Source: Holosporales bacterium | GTDB lineage: Bacteria > Pseudomonadota > Alphaproteobacteria > JAJTHO01 | Direction of reading: 5' to 3' | Assembly (NCBI GenBank): GCA_046318675.1 | Contig: JBKCUA010000002.1 | Coordinates: forward strand, 14,191-78,190 | Length of the DNA: 64,000 nucleotides | Part shown: in pieces, positions 31,401 through 40,853 of the stretch | How the letters are laid out: the number at the start of each line of letters is the position of its first letter | Numbering within the stretch: the first letter of the stretch is position 1 | Position numbers and translations under genes: made by a program | Notes under the pieces: model-generated | Databases searched by the model: none | Seen by the model: the letters and a program-made list of their open reading frames with translations, nothing else | Told to the model about the DNA's origin: nothing

Positions 31401-33300
31401 CATTCAACAAATGCCATTTACCGTCGCCGGGGTGGGCGATATGTCGGGGGATGTATTTGGTAATGGAATGTTGTTGTCCCCACAGATTCGCCTGCTGGCA
31501 GCTTTTAATCATCGGCATATTTTTCTTGATCCAAACCCTGATATAGTCTCAAGTTTTTCTGAGCGTAAACGCCTGTTTAATCTTCCGTCTTCGCAGTGGA
31601 CTGATTATAATTCTCAGCTAATTTCCGAAGGTGGGGGTGTTTTTGATCGCAATAGTAAAACGATTTCTCTTAGCCCTGCAGCAAAGGCCATCTTGGGTAC
31701 AGAGGAAAATACCTTATCCCCCGATGCGGTGATTCGTCTCATCTTGGGTATGGACATCGAACTATTGTGGTTTGGCGGTATTGGGACTTATGTGCGTGCC
31801 AATCATGAAACCGATGTGGAGGTTGGTGATAAAACCAATGATTCTTTGCGTATCAGTGCTGCGGCATTGAGAGCCAAAGTTATTGGCGAAGGCGCGAACC
31901 TAGGCATGACCCAAAAAGCAAGAATTGAGGCAGCACAGCATGGCGTACGCCTGAACACGGACGCTATTGATAATTCTGCTGGGGTCGATTGTTCGGATCA
32001 TGAGGTCAATATTAAAATTCTCATGCAGGAAGTAACTCGGCGGCGACACCTTAAGATTGAGGAACGCAACCGGCTGCTTGAAGCCATGACTGATGAGGTT
32101 GCAGGTCTCGTTACCTACGACAATTATCTACAGACGGCAGCATTATCCCTAGCAGAAGCCAAGGGCATTCAGTTGCATGGTGCCTATGCCGGGTTGATGC
32201 GGCGGTTAGAGGCTAAAGGGAAGCTGAATCGTGCGCTGGAATGCTTGCCTGATGATGTTATTCTAGCATCCCGAACCCGTCAGAATAAACCCCTGACAAG
32301 ACCGGAATTGGCGGTGTTGTTGGCCTATGCTAAAATGGATATTTTCGACGAACTTATTACCTCGAAAATTCCCGATGAGCCGCGTATGGCTAATGATTTA
32401 AAAAGGTACTTTCCCTTAAAGTTGCAGGAAAATTTTGAAGTAGAGATTTTAGCGCATCCTCTGCGCCGGGAGATTATTGCAACCCACGCGGCCAACAGTA
32501 TCGTCAACCGTTGTGGTATTCATTTTGCCCACGCGTTGGAGGAGACAAGTGGTGCACCTTTGTGTGATATTGTTCGTGCCTATGCTACGGCGCGGGAGGT
32601 CTTTGGTCTCAGAGCACTGTGGGGGGCAATCGAAGAATTAGACAACAAGGTAGCTGTTTCAGTGCAGCTGGAATTGCATCAGGCAGTGAATACTCTTGTT
32701 GAACATCAAGCGTTGTGGTTTTTGGGTCAAGAAAAACAACCGTTGGATGTGACTGCTTTGGTGGCTCATTATGCCCCGTCTGTTACGGCATTGAAAAAAG
32801 CATTTCGAGAGACGCCCAGTATGCAAAGTACCGTAGCACAACAACAAGCAGAAGCATGGATAGCTGCTCATGTACCAGAAGAGTTAGCGCATCAGGTAGC
32901 ACAGTTGAAACCGTTGCGTTATGCTACCGATATTATCCGTGTGGCTGAGGCCACGAAGGCTTCATTGTCGGAGGCTGCTGCTGGGTATGTCGGTTTGGCG
33001 GAAATGCTTGCATTGCCGCAACTTGAAATGGCGGCTGCGGCTATTCCATTGAATGCTCCTTGGCAGGCGCAGGCGCGTACGGCGGTTTTGGCTGATTTAT
33101 ATGAAATTATCCGTAATCTTAGTACTGGTTTGTTAAAGACTATTAAAAAAGATACTGTGGCCAAGGCTCTTGAGGGTTTTGAAGCCCATAATTCTGTCCG
33201 CTTGATTAAGTATCGAGAGACTTTGGCCTATGCGTTAGGTAGTGGTATTGATGTTGGATTTTTGACACTGGTGAACAGGGGATTGAGGGGGTTAGGATAG
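28414..33300 (+). CDS. gdhB: NAD-specific glutamate dehydrogenase, large (~180 kDa) type
   Basis: 1628 aa. The central catalytic region carries GDH motifs (KGGIRWS, GSKGGF), and the overall length matches the bacterial NAD-GDH 180-kDa class. True start may be the Met at 28495. Confidence 0.85.
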   Translation: MFAPAISWIKNYFAVDSCRSSPDFCKSMTNIAKNVRSMILPLASWESLQQKITSGLEGKFLELFLNDVGEEERQYLLPSAFADDVEALWQLLDVRHDREPFLSLRNSVQPGRAALLLLNQDRPFLVSSVTAAIAKQGFNIDFIAHPVVLVVRDNKNNIVKLQRFAGVYPIESGAEIVSAMLIYLKVPQDEAGRETLIVGVRRVLAAVTAANTDWPAMQAMVHQHIDVLRRHEPPVPSEERTETIAFLEWLLADHFTLLGVQARHYHDPYGAGLRIIPNGDGLGILREQEAVFFTDIQEESSETLPIDIQMFLAKSQLLHVAKAKAISPVHRAVPLDVITLKVFDDRSRLSGELRIVGLFTSSAYQESPEEIPFLRHKAHYVLEKSGLDPNGHDGKVLLQILKTLPRDDIYQLDNDELFRLSINVLRLQERPRVALFLHTAPWEHTVSALVYLPREKFSQDVLRRIEALLAHAVAGVVRVSNGQVEESVLARLNFVFAVNPKTKPVIDYTALERRVNEIVNGWTESLRQALDAICPNNVGMALHTRFGHGFPLSYQEASTPSVAAADTQMLAMLYADERIHVRLVSVPERGHGQYSIRIFSLDNALPLYRVLPILENIGFRTMGEDAYEIKAAGHFTKAWIHDFTVFASVAGFVLDDAIAAAVEATFVAVWSGDAEDDALNGLTMTAGLHWRQVATLRALACYARQAGFAHSVAVISAMLLAYPAIAADIAALFDARFSPEATINPNVVRARLQGQMATVRSLVEDSVVRYLIALVEAIWRTNMFQHDANGQLKKYFSFKINSSLVPDLPQPCPYAEIFVYAAYMEGIHLRGGKVARGGIRWSDRREDFRREVLGLIKAQMVKNAVIVPVGSKGGFIVKKSLVGLPREEQQAEVIRCYQTLIRGLLDITDNLKDEKVVPPAQVVRHDGNDPYLVVAADKGTATFSDIANALAAEYGFWLGDAFASGGSVGYDHKKMGITARGAWEAVKRHFRERGKDIQQMPFTVAGVGDMSGDVFGNGMLLSPQIRLLAAFNHRHIFLDPNPDIVSSFSERKRLFNLPSSQWTDYNSQLISEGGGVFDRNSKTISLSPAAKAILGTEENTLSPDAVIRLILGMDIELLWFGGIGTYVRANHETDVEVGDKTNDSLRISAAALRAKVIGEGANLGMTQKARIEAAQHGVRLNTDAIDNSAGVDCSDHEVNIKILMQEVTRRRHLKIEERNRLLEAMTDEVAGLVTYDNYLQTAALSLAEAKGIQLHGAYAGLMRRLEAKGKLNRALECLPDDVILASRTRQNKPLTRPELAVLLAYAKMDIFDELITSKIPDEPRMANDLKRYFPLKLQENFEVEILAHPLRREIIATHAANSIVNRCGIHFAHALEETSGAPLCDIVRAYATAREVFGLRALWGAIEELDNKVAVSVQLELHQAVNTLVEHQALWFLGQEKQPLDVTALVAHYAPSVTALKKAFRETPSMQSTVAQQQAEAWIAAHVPEELAHQVAQLKPLRYATDIIRVAEATKASLSEAAAGYVGLAEMLALPQLEMAAAAIPLNAPWQAQARTAVLADLYEIIRNLSTGLLKTIKKDTVAKALEGFEAHNSVRLIKYRETLAYALGSGIDVGFLTLVNRGLRGLG

Positions 33301-33323
33301 CCCGATTAAAGGAATATCCCCTC

Positions 33324-36260
33324 ATGCGCCCTTTTTTGGACTTTTGTCGTTGCATCTCTAATGCCACTATTGTTCTTTTTTTTGGATTGCTAGGTAAAAT
33401 TTTAAATGCAGCGTTAGTGGTAACGCTGGCCTGTATTTTTTTTGTTGCTGGAACTCCTTTAACGGGCACGACAGTGGATCGTTTTGTTAGTTTGGCGATG
33501 GAGTTAGTGACGGGGGAGCAAGTAAGCATACAAGATGTGCGTCTTGTTTGGGATTTGCGAGAGCAAATTATTGAAGTGCAATCGGCAAATACAGTAATAG
33601 GTACCAAAAACAATTCTGGCGGACTGTCATGGCAGTCAATGCGCGGTATTTTGCATTATGGCCTGAATCATGATCATGGTTATGAAATTACCGATTTAAC
33701 GCTGGAACAACCAATGGTGCGTGTGGTGTTGCATTCTGAGAATAAGCGGTCTTTGTGGAGTAGAACCCATCAAGTTGAGCCATTGTTTGTTTTAGATCCA
33801 AGTAGTTGGATTTCTAGTATTCTTGAAAAGTTACCCGTTCGAATGCTCGCGGTAAATAATGGTCAAGTATGGCTTTTTGATGACATGAGTCCAGTTCCGT
33901 TGGCGAGCCTTAAAGATATAACAGGGACGATTCAGGCCTCGGCGGTGGGTGTTAATGGTGCTGTTGTCGGTTCATTAAAAATTGGATTGATTACTGTACC
34001 ATTGCAAATGACATTAAGTGGTACCAATGTTGGTGGTATTTTTCCTCAGTTAATGCTGACCGTAACATCATCGGAACCGACGGCTGGTGTTGCTGCAGTT
34101 GTGGGGTCTGGCACCTTAACAATACTTATAGATTTTATAAAGCGTTCGGTACAAATTGATAATGCACAGCTTCGCCTTGCGGGTGGAACCCTGCGGGCAT
34201 CGGTGGCTGCGGTTTGGGATAGTGCCATGCACCAGGCGGCTATTACGGGTCATATTGCGCTTGATCTGCTTGATTTTGCAAGTTTACGCCAACTTTGGCC
34301 GGAGGGTCTGGCACCAAACCCTAGGGCTTGGATTTTTGCTAATCTGGATGCGGGCAATATTCGTACACTGCATCTTCAACTAGGCCTTGGTGTCCATCAA
34401 ACGGCAAACGGAATAGGACTGACCCTGCATGAGTTGAAGGGAGGGATGCGGCTTGATAATTTTATTGTCCATTACCTTGGTGATTTGCCATCGGTACAGC
34501 AAACTAGTGGCAATGCGACATTTGATGCCAATAGTTTTCATATTGTTCTAGATAGTGGTGTGTGTCAGGGAGTGCGTATTGTAGGGGGTACGGTGAGTTT
34601 TCTTGGTCTTGATGATGATGACCAAGAAGTTGTGATTGATTTGAAATTATTTGGGAGCCTTTCCGATCATCTTACTATTATTAATGCAGCCCCGCTGCAC
34701 TATGCTGATGTTTTTGGCCTCTTGCCTGGTCAAACAAGTGGAAGCAGTGAGACCCATTTTTTTGCCCGCTTTCCTCCTCTGAACGATCTCCCCGTGAGTC
34801 AGCTACATATTGATGTCAATGGGAAGTTAAAGGATGTTGGTTTTTCTGTTCCGAAAACAGCGTTGCGATTACAACAACTCAACGGCGTTCTTTTTATAAC
34901 ACCGCAAGGCGCAAAAATTAATGGTCATGGGTTACTGAATGGGATTGCCAATGATCTGCTTTGGGAACGAGATTTCACGGGAAAGGCAGCAATTACAGAG
35001 ACTGCTATTATAAATGCCACTAACGTGATGCCAGAGCAATTATTGTCCCTAGGAGTAGACCTTGGTCAACGTCTACGCGGTGTGGTGGGGGCGACCGTTA
35101 CGTGGCAGCGTAAGACTTCTGGAAAGTCATCCGTAGTATTGCGCGCGGATATGATGCGGGCGATGGTGGAGATGCCATGGATATTTTGGGATAAGCCCAT
35201 CAATGTGCCAGCCAGTCTTGAAGCAAACATCTCGATTAATGAACGGAGTACACAAATAGAATCAGTAGTGTTGGTAAGTGGTAAAGATGTGTTGCGAGGT
35301 AATGGTAAAATGCAAAATGGCAGTGTTAATTTTTTTGAGACTACAGTCTTGAAGTTGGGTGATACACACGGCAGCGTGAATTATAGCGTCTCAAAAGCAG
35401 GCGGTTATTCGATTGTTGGAAATTTTAAAAGTCTGCGATTGCGTCCGTTGGAAATACCTGATGATAAAGGGGGATCAGACAAGAAAAAGCCACCGCTTGA
35501 TATTAATATAGCCATAGATTCGCTAAAATCAAATACGGGAGCAAACGCCAAGAAAGTTACTTTGCGGTATCAACAGCGTAATGGCCAGACAATGCAGGCG
35601 AATGTGCAGGGTTTTATAATAAAAAATGACGGTGCGGTGCCATTTAGTGCCCGATTGGCAGAAAAAAAGCTCACTGTAGAAGCCAAAGACGCGGGAAGCG
35701 TTTTAGCAGCTTTTGGAATATATTCGAATATGCGTAGCGGCGATTTGACGGGCACAATTTATTTAGGTGATCCATCTGTTTATGAGTTAACAGTGAAGGA
35801 CTTTGGGTTGTGGCGTGCGCCGTTACTGGGCAAAATTCTATCGGTGGCATCAATTACAGCACCTGTTGATTTATTGATGGGCAACGGTTTGCCATTTTCC
35901 ATACTGACGGCTAAGGGACGGCTGAGTGATTCCATCTTATTTCTTGATGATATGAAAATGACGGGTTCGTCGTTGGGCATTTTGGCATCGGGGACTATTA
36001 ATCTGCACGATGAACAGTTGGATATCAAAGGGGCGGTTATGCCCGCTTACATTGTAACTCAAATTATCGGTGGAATCCCCTTGATAGGTGATTTTTTGAC
36101 GCAAAACAAACAGGAAGGTATAATTGCTGTACGCTATACAGCGGAGGGCGCATTGAACAATCCATCGATAAGGGTCAACCCGCTCACGGCTTTCACCCCG
36201 GGGGTGTTTCGAGGTGTTTTTGATTTGTTTGAGACTCCAAAAGCACGAGATATACCGTAA
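33324..36260 (+). CDS. YhdP/AsmA-like giant envelope protein (DUF3971/AsmA_2-type C-terminus)
   Basis: 978 aa, N-terminal membrane anchor, long beta-rich body, conserved C-terminal region (GIIAVRYTAEGALNNPSIRVNPLTAFTPGVFRGVFDLF). Confidence 0.5.
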   Translation: MRPFLDFCRCISNATIVLFFGLLGKILNAALVVTLACIFFVAGTPLTGTTVDRFVSLAMELVTGEQVSIQDVRLVWDLREQIIEVQSANTVIGTKNNSGGLSWQSMRGILHYGLNHDHGYEITDLTLEQPMVRVVLHSENKRSLWSRTHQVEPLFVLDPSSWISSILEKLPVRMLAVNNGQVWLFDDMSPVPLASLKDITGTIQASAVGVNGAVVGSLKIGLITVPLQMTLSGTNVGGIFPQLMLTVTSSEPTAGVAAVVGSGTLTILIDFIKRSVQIDNAQLRLAGGTLRASVAAVWDSAMHQAAITGHIALDLLDFASLRQLWPEGLAPNPRAWIFANLDAGNIRTLHLQLGLGVHQTANGIGLTLHELKGGMRLDNFIVHYLGDLPSVQQTSGNATFDANSFHIVLDSGVCQGVRIVGGTVSFLGLDDDDQEVVIDLKLFGSLSDHLTIINAAPLHYADVFGLLPGQTSGSSETHFFARFPPLNDLPVSQLHIDVNGKLKDVGFSVPKTALRLQQLNGVLFITPQGAKINGHGLLNGIANDLLWERDFTGKAAITETAIINATNVMPEQLLSLGVDLGQRLRGVVGATVTWQRKTSGKSSVVLRADMMRAMVEMPWIFWDKPINVPASLEANISINERSTQIESVVLVSGKDVLRGNGKMQNGSVNFFETTVLKLGDTHGSVNYSVSKAGGYSIVGNFKSLRLRPLEIPDDKGGSDKKKPPLDINIAIDSLKSNTGANAKKVTLRYQQRNGQTMQANVQGFIIKNDGAVPFSARLAEKKLTVEAKDAGSVLAAFGIYSNMRSGDLTGTIYLGDPSVYELTVKDFGLWRAPLLGKILSVASITAPVDLLMGNGLPFSILTAKGRLSDSILFLDDMKMTGSSLGILASGTINLHDEQLDIKGAVMPAYIVTQIIGGIPLIGDFLTQNKQEGIIAVRYTAEGALNNPSIRVNPLTAFTPGVFRGVFDLFETPKARDIP

Positions 36261-36489
36261 TTTCTTGGCTCTTTCCCAAAACTGGTGGGTGGAACATGCA
36301 CCCCCTTCAGGCAATATTTTGCAGCTCTGGAAACTTTCAGGAGGAAACTCCGTCAATGGCGAGGCGCGGAGCACCGTGGCCATCCAGGAAAAATGTATGC
36401 TTGATCGCCACGCGCCTCCGGCGCTCGCGACCGGGGGTGTGGCATTGGCAGGTTTTCTACCCACCCATTTTGCAGGAGAGCCAATTTTT

Positions 36490-37152
36490 TTAAGATGCCT
36501 GTGTGGCTATCAATCGCCATGTTGGAGCGGTGCTACCAAGAGTCCGGCGGAACGACCATATATCCCTAACCTCATTGATTTTATCAGGATCGCCTTCAAT
36601 GACTGTGCCTGAGGCATCGCGGAGAATCTGCTGTTGTTCGCTGACAATTTCTACTTTTAGGGTGGCAATATCACCGTCGAGTTTGGCTTCTAGTAAGTCT
36701 ATTGTACGGATATCTTCCAGCGTAAATTGAACTACTTCGCCCCGTTGCTGGCGTTCTTGAATTATTCGTTCAAACGCCGCAAACACCGAGTCATCTAGAA
36801 AGCGGCGTAATGTTTCAGTTTTACCTTCGGCAAAAGCGGTGACGATAATACCAAAAGCTTGCCGTGCGCCAGCAAGAAAATTCTTTTCCGAAAAATCTGT
36901 TTCTTTTTTGGCAATGGCGGCTAATGCCCCGGCCAAGGATTCTGGTGCAGGGGCTGGGGGTGTGGGACGTACTTCTCGAAACTGGCCGCGATCAAGAACG
37001 ACTACACCATCATCACTACTCTGGGGAGATTGGCTCTGTCTGGGCGGTGGGCGGGTAACATCGTCATCACTGCGCTGGCCTAATACTGACCTATAACGCC
37101 AGAAAATAAACGCTGCCACTACGGCAAAAACGATGATATCGAGAGCCAACAC
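36490..37152 (-). CDS. Tim44-like domain-containing membrane protein
   Basis: N-terminal TM helix, Pro/Ser-rich linker, C-terminal Tim44-like domain (ends IEGDPDKINEVRDIWSFRRTLGSTAPTWRLIATQ). Confidence 0.6.
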   Translation of the reverse strand: MLALDIIVFAVVAAFIFWRYRSVLGQRSDDDVTRPPPRQSQSPQSSDDGVVVLDRGQFREVRPTPPAPAPESLAGALAAIAKKETDFSEKNFLAGARQAFGIIVTAFAEGKTETLRRFLDDSVFAAFERIIQERQQRGEVVQFTLEDIRTIDLLEAKLDGDIATLKVEIVSEQQQILRDASGTVIEGDPDKINEVRDIWSFRRTLGSTAPTWRLIATQAS

Positions 37153-37211
37153 AAAAAACTCCTAACTTTTGCAGTCTAATTTCCCTGCTGGTTGATGACA
37201 AGGGTAATAAA

Positions 37212-37231
37212 CAAGGAGAACAAATTCTCCT
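37212..37231 (-). terminator. putative terminator hairpin downstream of the rhodanese gene
   Basis: AAGGAGAA-CAAA-TTCTCCTT perfect 8-bp stem. On the minus strand it is followed by GTTTATT, a weak U-tract. Confidence 0.35.
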
Positions 37232-37244
37232 TAATAGGAAAAAA

Positions 37245-37787
37245 TTACTTTTCCGGTAGAGCGCACACCATTTTTACCTTGGTATTCCAAGGCATCCTTG
37301 CCAGTAACATTGCCATACCGCACCACCCAGTAACCCCGGCGTTCAATAAGCCTAGACCCATGACGCCAGCAAGGGCATGAAACAAAGGGTGTACTAAAAA
37401 CCCTAGCCCGGTAAACACAGCTACCAAAGCACCCACCGTTATCTGTACCTGACGCATGAGGGGTAGCACTTTACCTTTAATGGTGGGGAGCCCGGCTGCG
37501 CTCCAAGCTGTCAGTCCGCCATTAAGATTGTATAAATCCAACCCCGGGTTTTCAAGCAATAGGGCATCACACGCCCGCCCTCCTCTTGTGCCGGCTTTAC
37601 AATGCAGGATAATTTTTTTTCCGGATGCTTGTGGTAATCGGGCTAGGGTACATTTTTTTAATGGTATATTAATACTTTGTGCTATGTGTTCTTCTTTGTA
37701 TTCTGCTGTTTCTCGAACATCAATGAGGATGGCTTGCCCCGTGTCGAGCCATGTTTTTGCGGTGGTGGCATCAATGATACGAGCCAT
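37245..37787 (-). CDS. YgaP-like membrane-anchored rhodanese (thiosulfate sulfurtransferase domain + DUF2892-type TM tail)
   Basis: Rhodanese active-site loop HCKAGTRGGRA with catalytic Cys. C-terminal two hydrophobic segments. Confidence 0.65.
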   Translation of the reverse strand: MARIIDATTAKTWLDTGQAILIDVRETAEYKEEHIAQSINIPLKKCTLARLPQASGKKIILHCKAGTRGGRACDALLLENPGLDLYNLNGGLTAWSAAGLPTIKGKVLPLMRQVQITVGALVAVFTGLGFLVHPLFHALAGVMGLGLLNAGVTGWCGMAMLLARMPWNTKVKMVCALPEK

Positions 37788-38005
37788 AACAACCTCCTTG
37801 CTTATTCCTGATGATACGAATGAAATGACAGGCTACAAAGAACAAAGTGGGATTTTACCATGACTAAAAATTATTCTGAAATTACCAGCGATATTTCCTC
37901 CAATCTCAGGGCTTTTTGTCACAATCAGGTAGGGGTGATACTGGTTTTTCCCGGCGATGTAATTGCTTCTTTTGATGATCTTATATACTTGAAAAGTTTA
38001 TCCTA

Positions 38006-38812
38006 ATGAGGTTGCCACGCTTAATGTTGTCGTCGGTGGTGGTGAATGCTCCTGCTGTTTTGCAGGGGAGCATCCCTGCGGAGGTGTTGGCTGCCCGGTG
38101 GACTGCGGACACAGGCGTTGTGGCGGACTCCCTTGTTTATGGGGGCATCGTGCCTCTGTACCGATGTGAAGCCACGGGGGTGGAATTTTTTCCTGAACAG
38201 GCTGCTGTGGGTCAGGAAAAAATTCTTGTTCATCGCGCCGATGTGCCTTTGGGTGTGTGGGAACAAGAACAGGCCGCAGGGGTTATACCCTCGGCTGCGG
38301 TAGTAGCTCTGATTGCCGATAATAATGCGCCGGAGTTTCGGTCTGCGTGTGATCTGAAGAAATGCACGGTGGCCGATACGGATCAGGTGGCGGATGCGGT
38401 GGTGTTGCTGGGGTTGTTGGCGCAAACACCAGAGCCAGGCAGGCTTTTAGAAGAAGCGGTGAACCGCCTTCGTCCCGGAGGATTATTGATTGTTAGCGTA
38501 CCCAACCACGGTGGCTGGTGGGCGGGGGATAATGGCGTGACATCGTTGCCGCCATTACAGGTGAGCCGGTGGACAGCGGTTAGCCTGAAAAAGTTGGCAC
38601 AATTTTTTCCTCTGGATGTTGTTAGCGTTCGGCACGATTGCCTTGAAAAAGACGATGTATGGACGTTTTTGGCAGCATTGGGGCGACGGCGTGGGATGGG
38701 GTGGATATTGCGTAAGCCTTGGCGGTGGCTGGTAGTACGATTATTGCGCCACGGTGGTAGGCGCGGTATTATGGGGCGAGGGTTGTTAGCCGTCTATCGA
38801 CGCAAGCCCTAG
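38006..38812 (+). CDS. hypothetical protein with class-I-methyltransferase-like core but degenerate SAM motif I
   Basis: Motif II/III-like stretch (ADAVVLLGLLAQTPEPGRLLEEAVNRLRPGGLLIVSVPN) without a GxGxG loop. Arg/Trp-rich C-terminus. Confidence 0.3.
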   Translation: MRLPRLMLSSVVVNAPAVLQGSIPAEVLAARWTADTGVVADSLVYGGIVPLYRCEATGVEFFPEQAAVGQEKILVHRADVPLGVWEQEQAAGVIPSAAVVALIADNNAPEFRSACDLKKCTVADTDQVADAVVLLGLLAQTPEPGRLLEEAVNRLRPGGLLIVSVPNHGGWWAGDNGVTSLPPLQVSRWTAVSLKKLAQFFPLDVVSVRHDCLEKDDVWTFLAALGRRRGMGWILRKPWRWLVVRLLRHGGRRGIMGRGLLAVYRRKP

Positions 38813-39277
38813 ACACTCAGCCACCGCAGCCAGCCGTATCGCCGTACGATCGCCGGGAAAAATCTTCTGCATTACTTTGGTATCCTGCCCTGCACGGGCA
38901 CAGGCCATAAATACCAGCCCAAGGGGCTTTTCGGCGCTGCCGCCGCCGGGTCCAGCAATCCCAGTGGTGGCAAGGCCAATGGTGGCACCAGTAACTATGC
39001 GTATTGTTTCCGCTAGGGCTTTCGCCACGGGGGCACTGACGGCACCATGTTGTTTTACAAGATACTCTGGTACACCCAGACGTATTTTTTCACTGTTCGC
39101 ATAGCATACTGCTCCGCCTTGATAGACGGCCGATGCTCTGGGAATTTCGGTGATTAATGCGGCCAACAGACCCCCCGTGCACGATTCTGCCGTAGCCAAA
39201 GTCATGTGTTGTTGGCGTAGCTGAGCTAACAGCAGGGTGGCCTGATACACAAGAGATTCGGAAAAGAGTTGCGTCAT
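38786..39277 (-). CDS. CinA C-terminal domain protein (nicotinamide-nucleotide amidohydrolase PncC-like)
   Basis: LATAESCTGGLLAALITEIPRAS ... GIAGPGGGSAEKPLGLVFMA are CinA_C signatures. Start placed at the internal ATG 39275-39277. Confidence 0.75.
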   Translation of the reverse strand: MTQLFSESLVYQATLLLAQLRQQHMTLATAESCTGGLLAALITEIPRASAVYQGGAVCYANSEKIRLGVPEYLVKQHGAVSAPVAKALAETIRIVTGATIGLATTGIAGPGGGSAEKPLGLVFMACARAGQDTKVMQKIFPGDRTAIRLAAVAECLGLASIDG

Positions 39278-39330
39278 GGTGGCTCCTGCAGCATTTTTGC
39301 CGTGTGTCTTTAAAAAAGCCAGTTCCAAAT

Positions 39331-40224
39331 ATGGCCGCCCCGGTACTCAAATGGGCTGGGGGGAAACGGCAGCTGTTGCCGTTGCTGGTGCAGCGATACC
39401 CAACGGTTTTGTTGCAAGGGGAGATAGATACCTATATTGAGCCGTTTGTTGGCGGTGGAGCGGTGTTTTTTGATTTGGCGCAACGGCGGATGTTTCGCCA
39501 AGCATATCTTTTTGATGTCAATCCGGCGGTGGTGGGGGTGTACACGGCCATCAGGGATCAGGTAGAGGATGTGATTGCTTTATTAACAACCATGGGTGAG
39601 ATGTTTTTAAACTGCAATAGTCTGGACAGATCGGCGTTTTTTTACAAGATGCGGGAAACATATAATACCCAGCCCGGCGATACTCTAACCAAGGCGGCTC
39701 AAACTCTTTTTCTTAATAAAACGTGCTTTAACGGTCTGTACCGGGTGAACAGCAAAGGGCAGTTCAATGTCCCTTACGGTCGGTATAAACAGCCTGGCAT
39801 TGTTCAGCCAGAACGCCTTCGGGCAGTTTCAATGGCTCTGCAAGGTACTGTTATCCAACAAGGGGATTTTTCCCATAGTGTTGATTGTATAAAGGGAAAA
39901 ACTTTCATTTATTACGATCCGCCGTACCGCCCTTTAAACAAAACATCCTTTTTCAACCAATATGATAAAACATCTTTTGATGATAAAGAACAATCCCGCT
40001 TGGCGGCAATGTTTAAGGAACTAGACAAAAAGGGTGTTTTGCAGATGCTCAGCAACGCCGATCCCACCAATACGAGGGATGATCCGTTTTTTGATCAACT
40101 GTACGCTGGCTATTTTATTGAACGTATCACCGCCACCCGCCGGATTAATGCCGATGCTGGCAAGAGGGGCGGGCTGCGGGAGATTTTGGTGCGTAATTAC
40201 ACCAGCCCCTCCGCCACCAGATAA
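39331..40224 (+). CDS. DNA adenine (N6) methyltransferase, Dam/D12 class (alpha-type motif order)
   Basis: Dam N-terminus LKWAGGKRQLLPLL ... EPFVGGGAVFFDL (motif I/FxGxG) and C-terminal catalytic DPPY (IYYDPPYRP). No cognate restriction gene nearby. An upstream GTG at 39304 is also possible. Confidence 0.8.
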   Translation: MAAPVLKWAGGKRQLLPLLVQRYPTVLLQGEIDTYIEPFVGGGAVFFDLAQRRMFRQAYLFDVNPAVVGVYTAIRDQVEDVIALLTTMGEMFLNCNSLDRSAFFYKMRETYNTQPGDTLTKAAQTLFLNKTCFNGLYRVNSKGQFNVPYGRYKQPGIVQPERLRAVSMALQGTVIQQGDFSHSVDCIKGKTFIYYDPPYRPLNKTSFFNQYDKTSFDDKEQSRLAAMFKELDKKGVLQMLSNADPTNTRDDPFFDQLYAGYFIERITATRRINADAGKRGGLREILVRNYTSPSATR

Positions 40225-40853
40225 ATCTCCGCGGATTCTTTGCGGCTGGCGGGGGGCTTGAAGTGATGCACCTTGCGAAAGAGTTTCTTGCCTAAGGCTA
40301 ATAAATCACCACTGGCACCGCCTTGGAAAACCTTGACGACAAAGCTGCCGCCGGGGCGCAACACGGCGGCGGCAAAGGCAAATGCTTCTTCTGCCAGCGC
40401 GACCACGCGGAGGTGATCCGTGGCGGCGTGGCCTGTGGTGGGGGCGGCCATATCGCTGAGCACTACGTCCACCGGCTTCGTTAATTGGGCGCGAAGGGTT
40501 GCCACCGTGGCGGCATCGGTAAAATCACCGCACAGGACGCTTACCCCCGGCAGGGTGTCCATCTCAAGAATGTCGAGAGCAACGACGGTGCCATGTTCAC
40601 CCACAAGGGTTGCGGCGACTTGGCTCCATCCGCCGGGGGCGGCGCCTAAGTCAACAATGGTCATGCCGGGGCGGAGCAGATGGTATTTTTCCTGAATCTG
40701 GAGCAGTTTGAAGGCTGCACGGCTACGGTATCCGGCATCTTGGGCGGCCGCGACATACGGATCGTTGAGTTGACGGTCAAGCCATCGTTTGGAGGATGGC
40801 GTCCGCCCGGCCTTAACCCGAACTGTTTGCTTGGGACGGCGGGTGCGGCTCAT
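40197..40853 (-). CDS. rlmE: 23S rRNA (uridine2552-2'-O)-methyltransferase RlmE/FtsJ
   Basis: KLLQIQEKYHLLRPGMTIVDLGAAPGGWSQVAA SAM-binding motif, K-D-K-E catalytic residues in context. Confidence 0.88.
   Translation of the reverse strand: MSRTRRPKQTVRVKAGRTPSSKRWLDRQLNDPYVAAAQDAGYRSRAAFKLLQIQEKYHLLRPGMTIVDLGAAPGGWSQVAATLVGEHGTVVALDILEMDTLPGVSVLCGDFTDAATVATLRAQLTKPVDVVLSDMAAPTTGHAATDHLRVVALAEEAFAFAAAVLRPGGSFVVKVFQGGASGDLLALGKKLFRKVHHFKPPASRKESAEIYLVAEGLV

Noticed and set aside
36261-36489. Possible sRNA between the convergent YhdP-like and Tim44-like genes
   Set aside because: A 230-bp gap with overlapping spurious ORFs but no clear promoter/terminator pair. Sequence alone gives insufficient signal.
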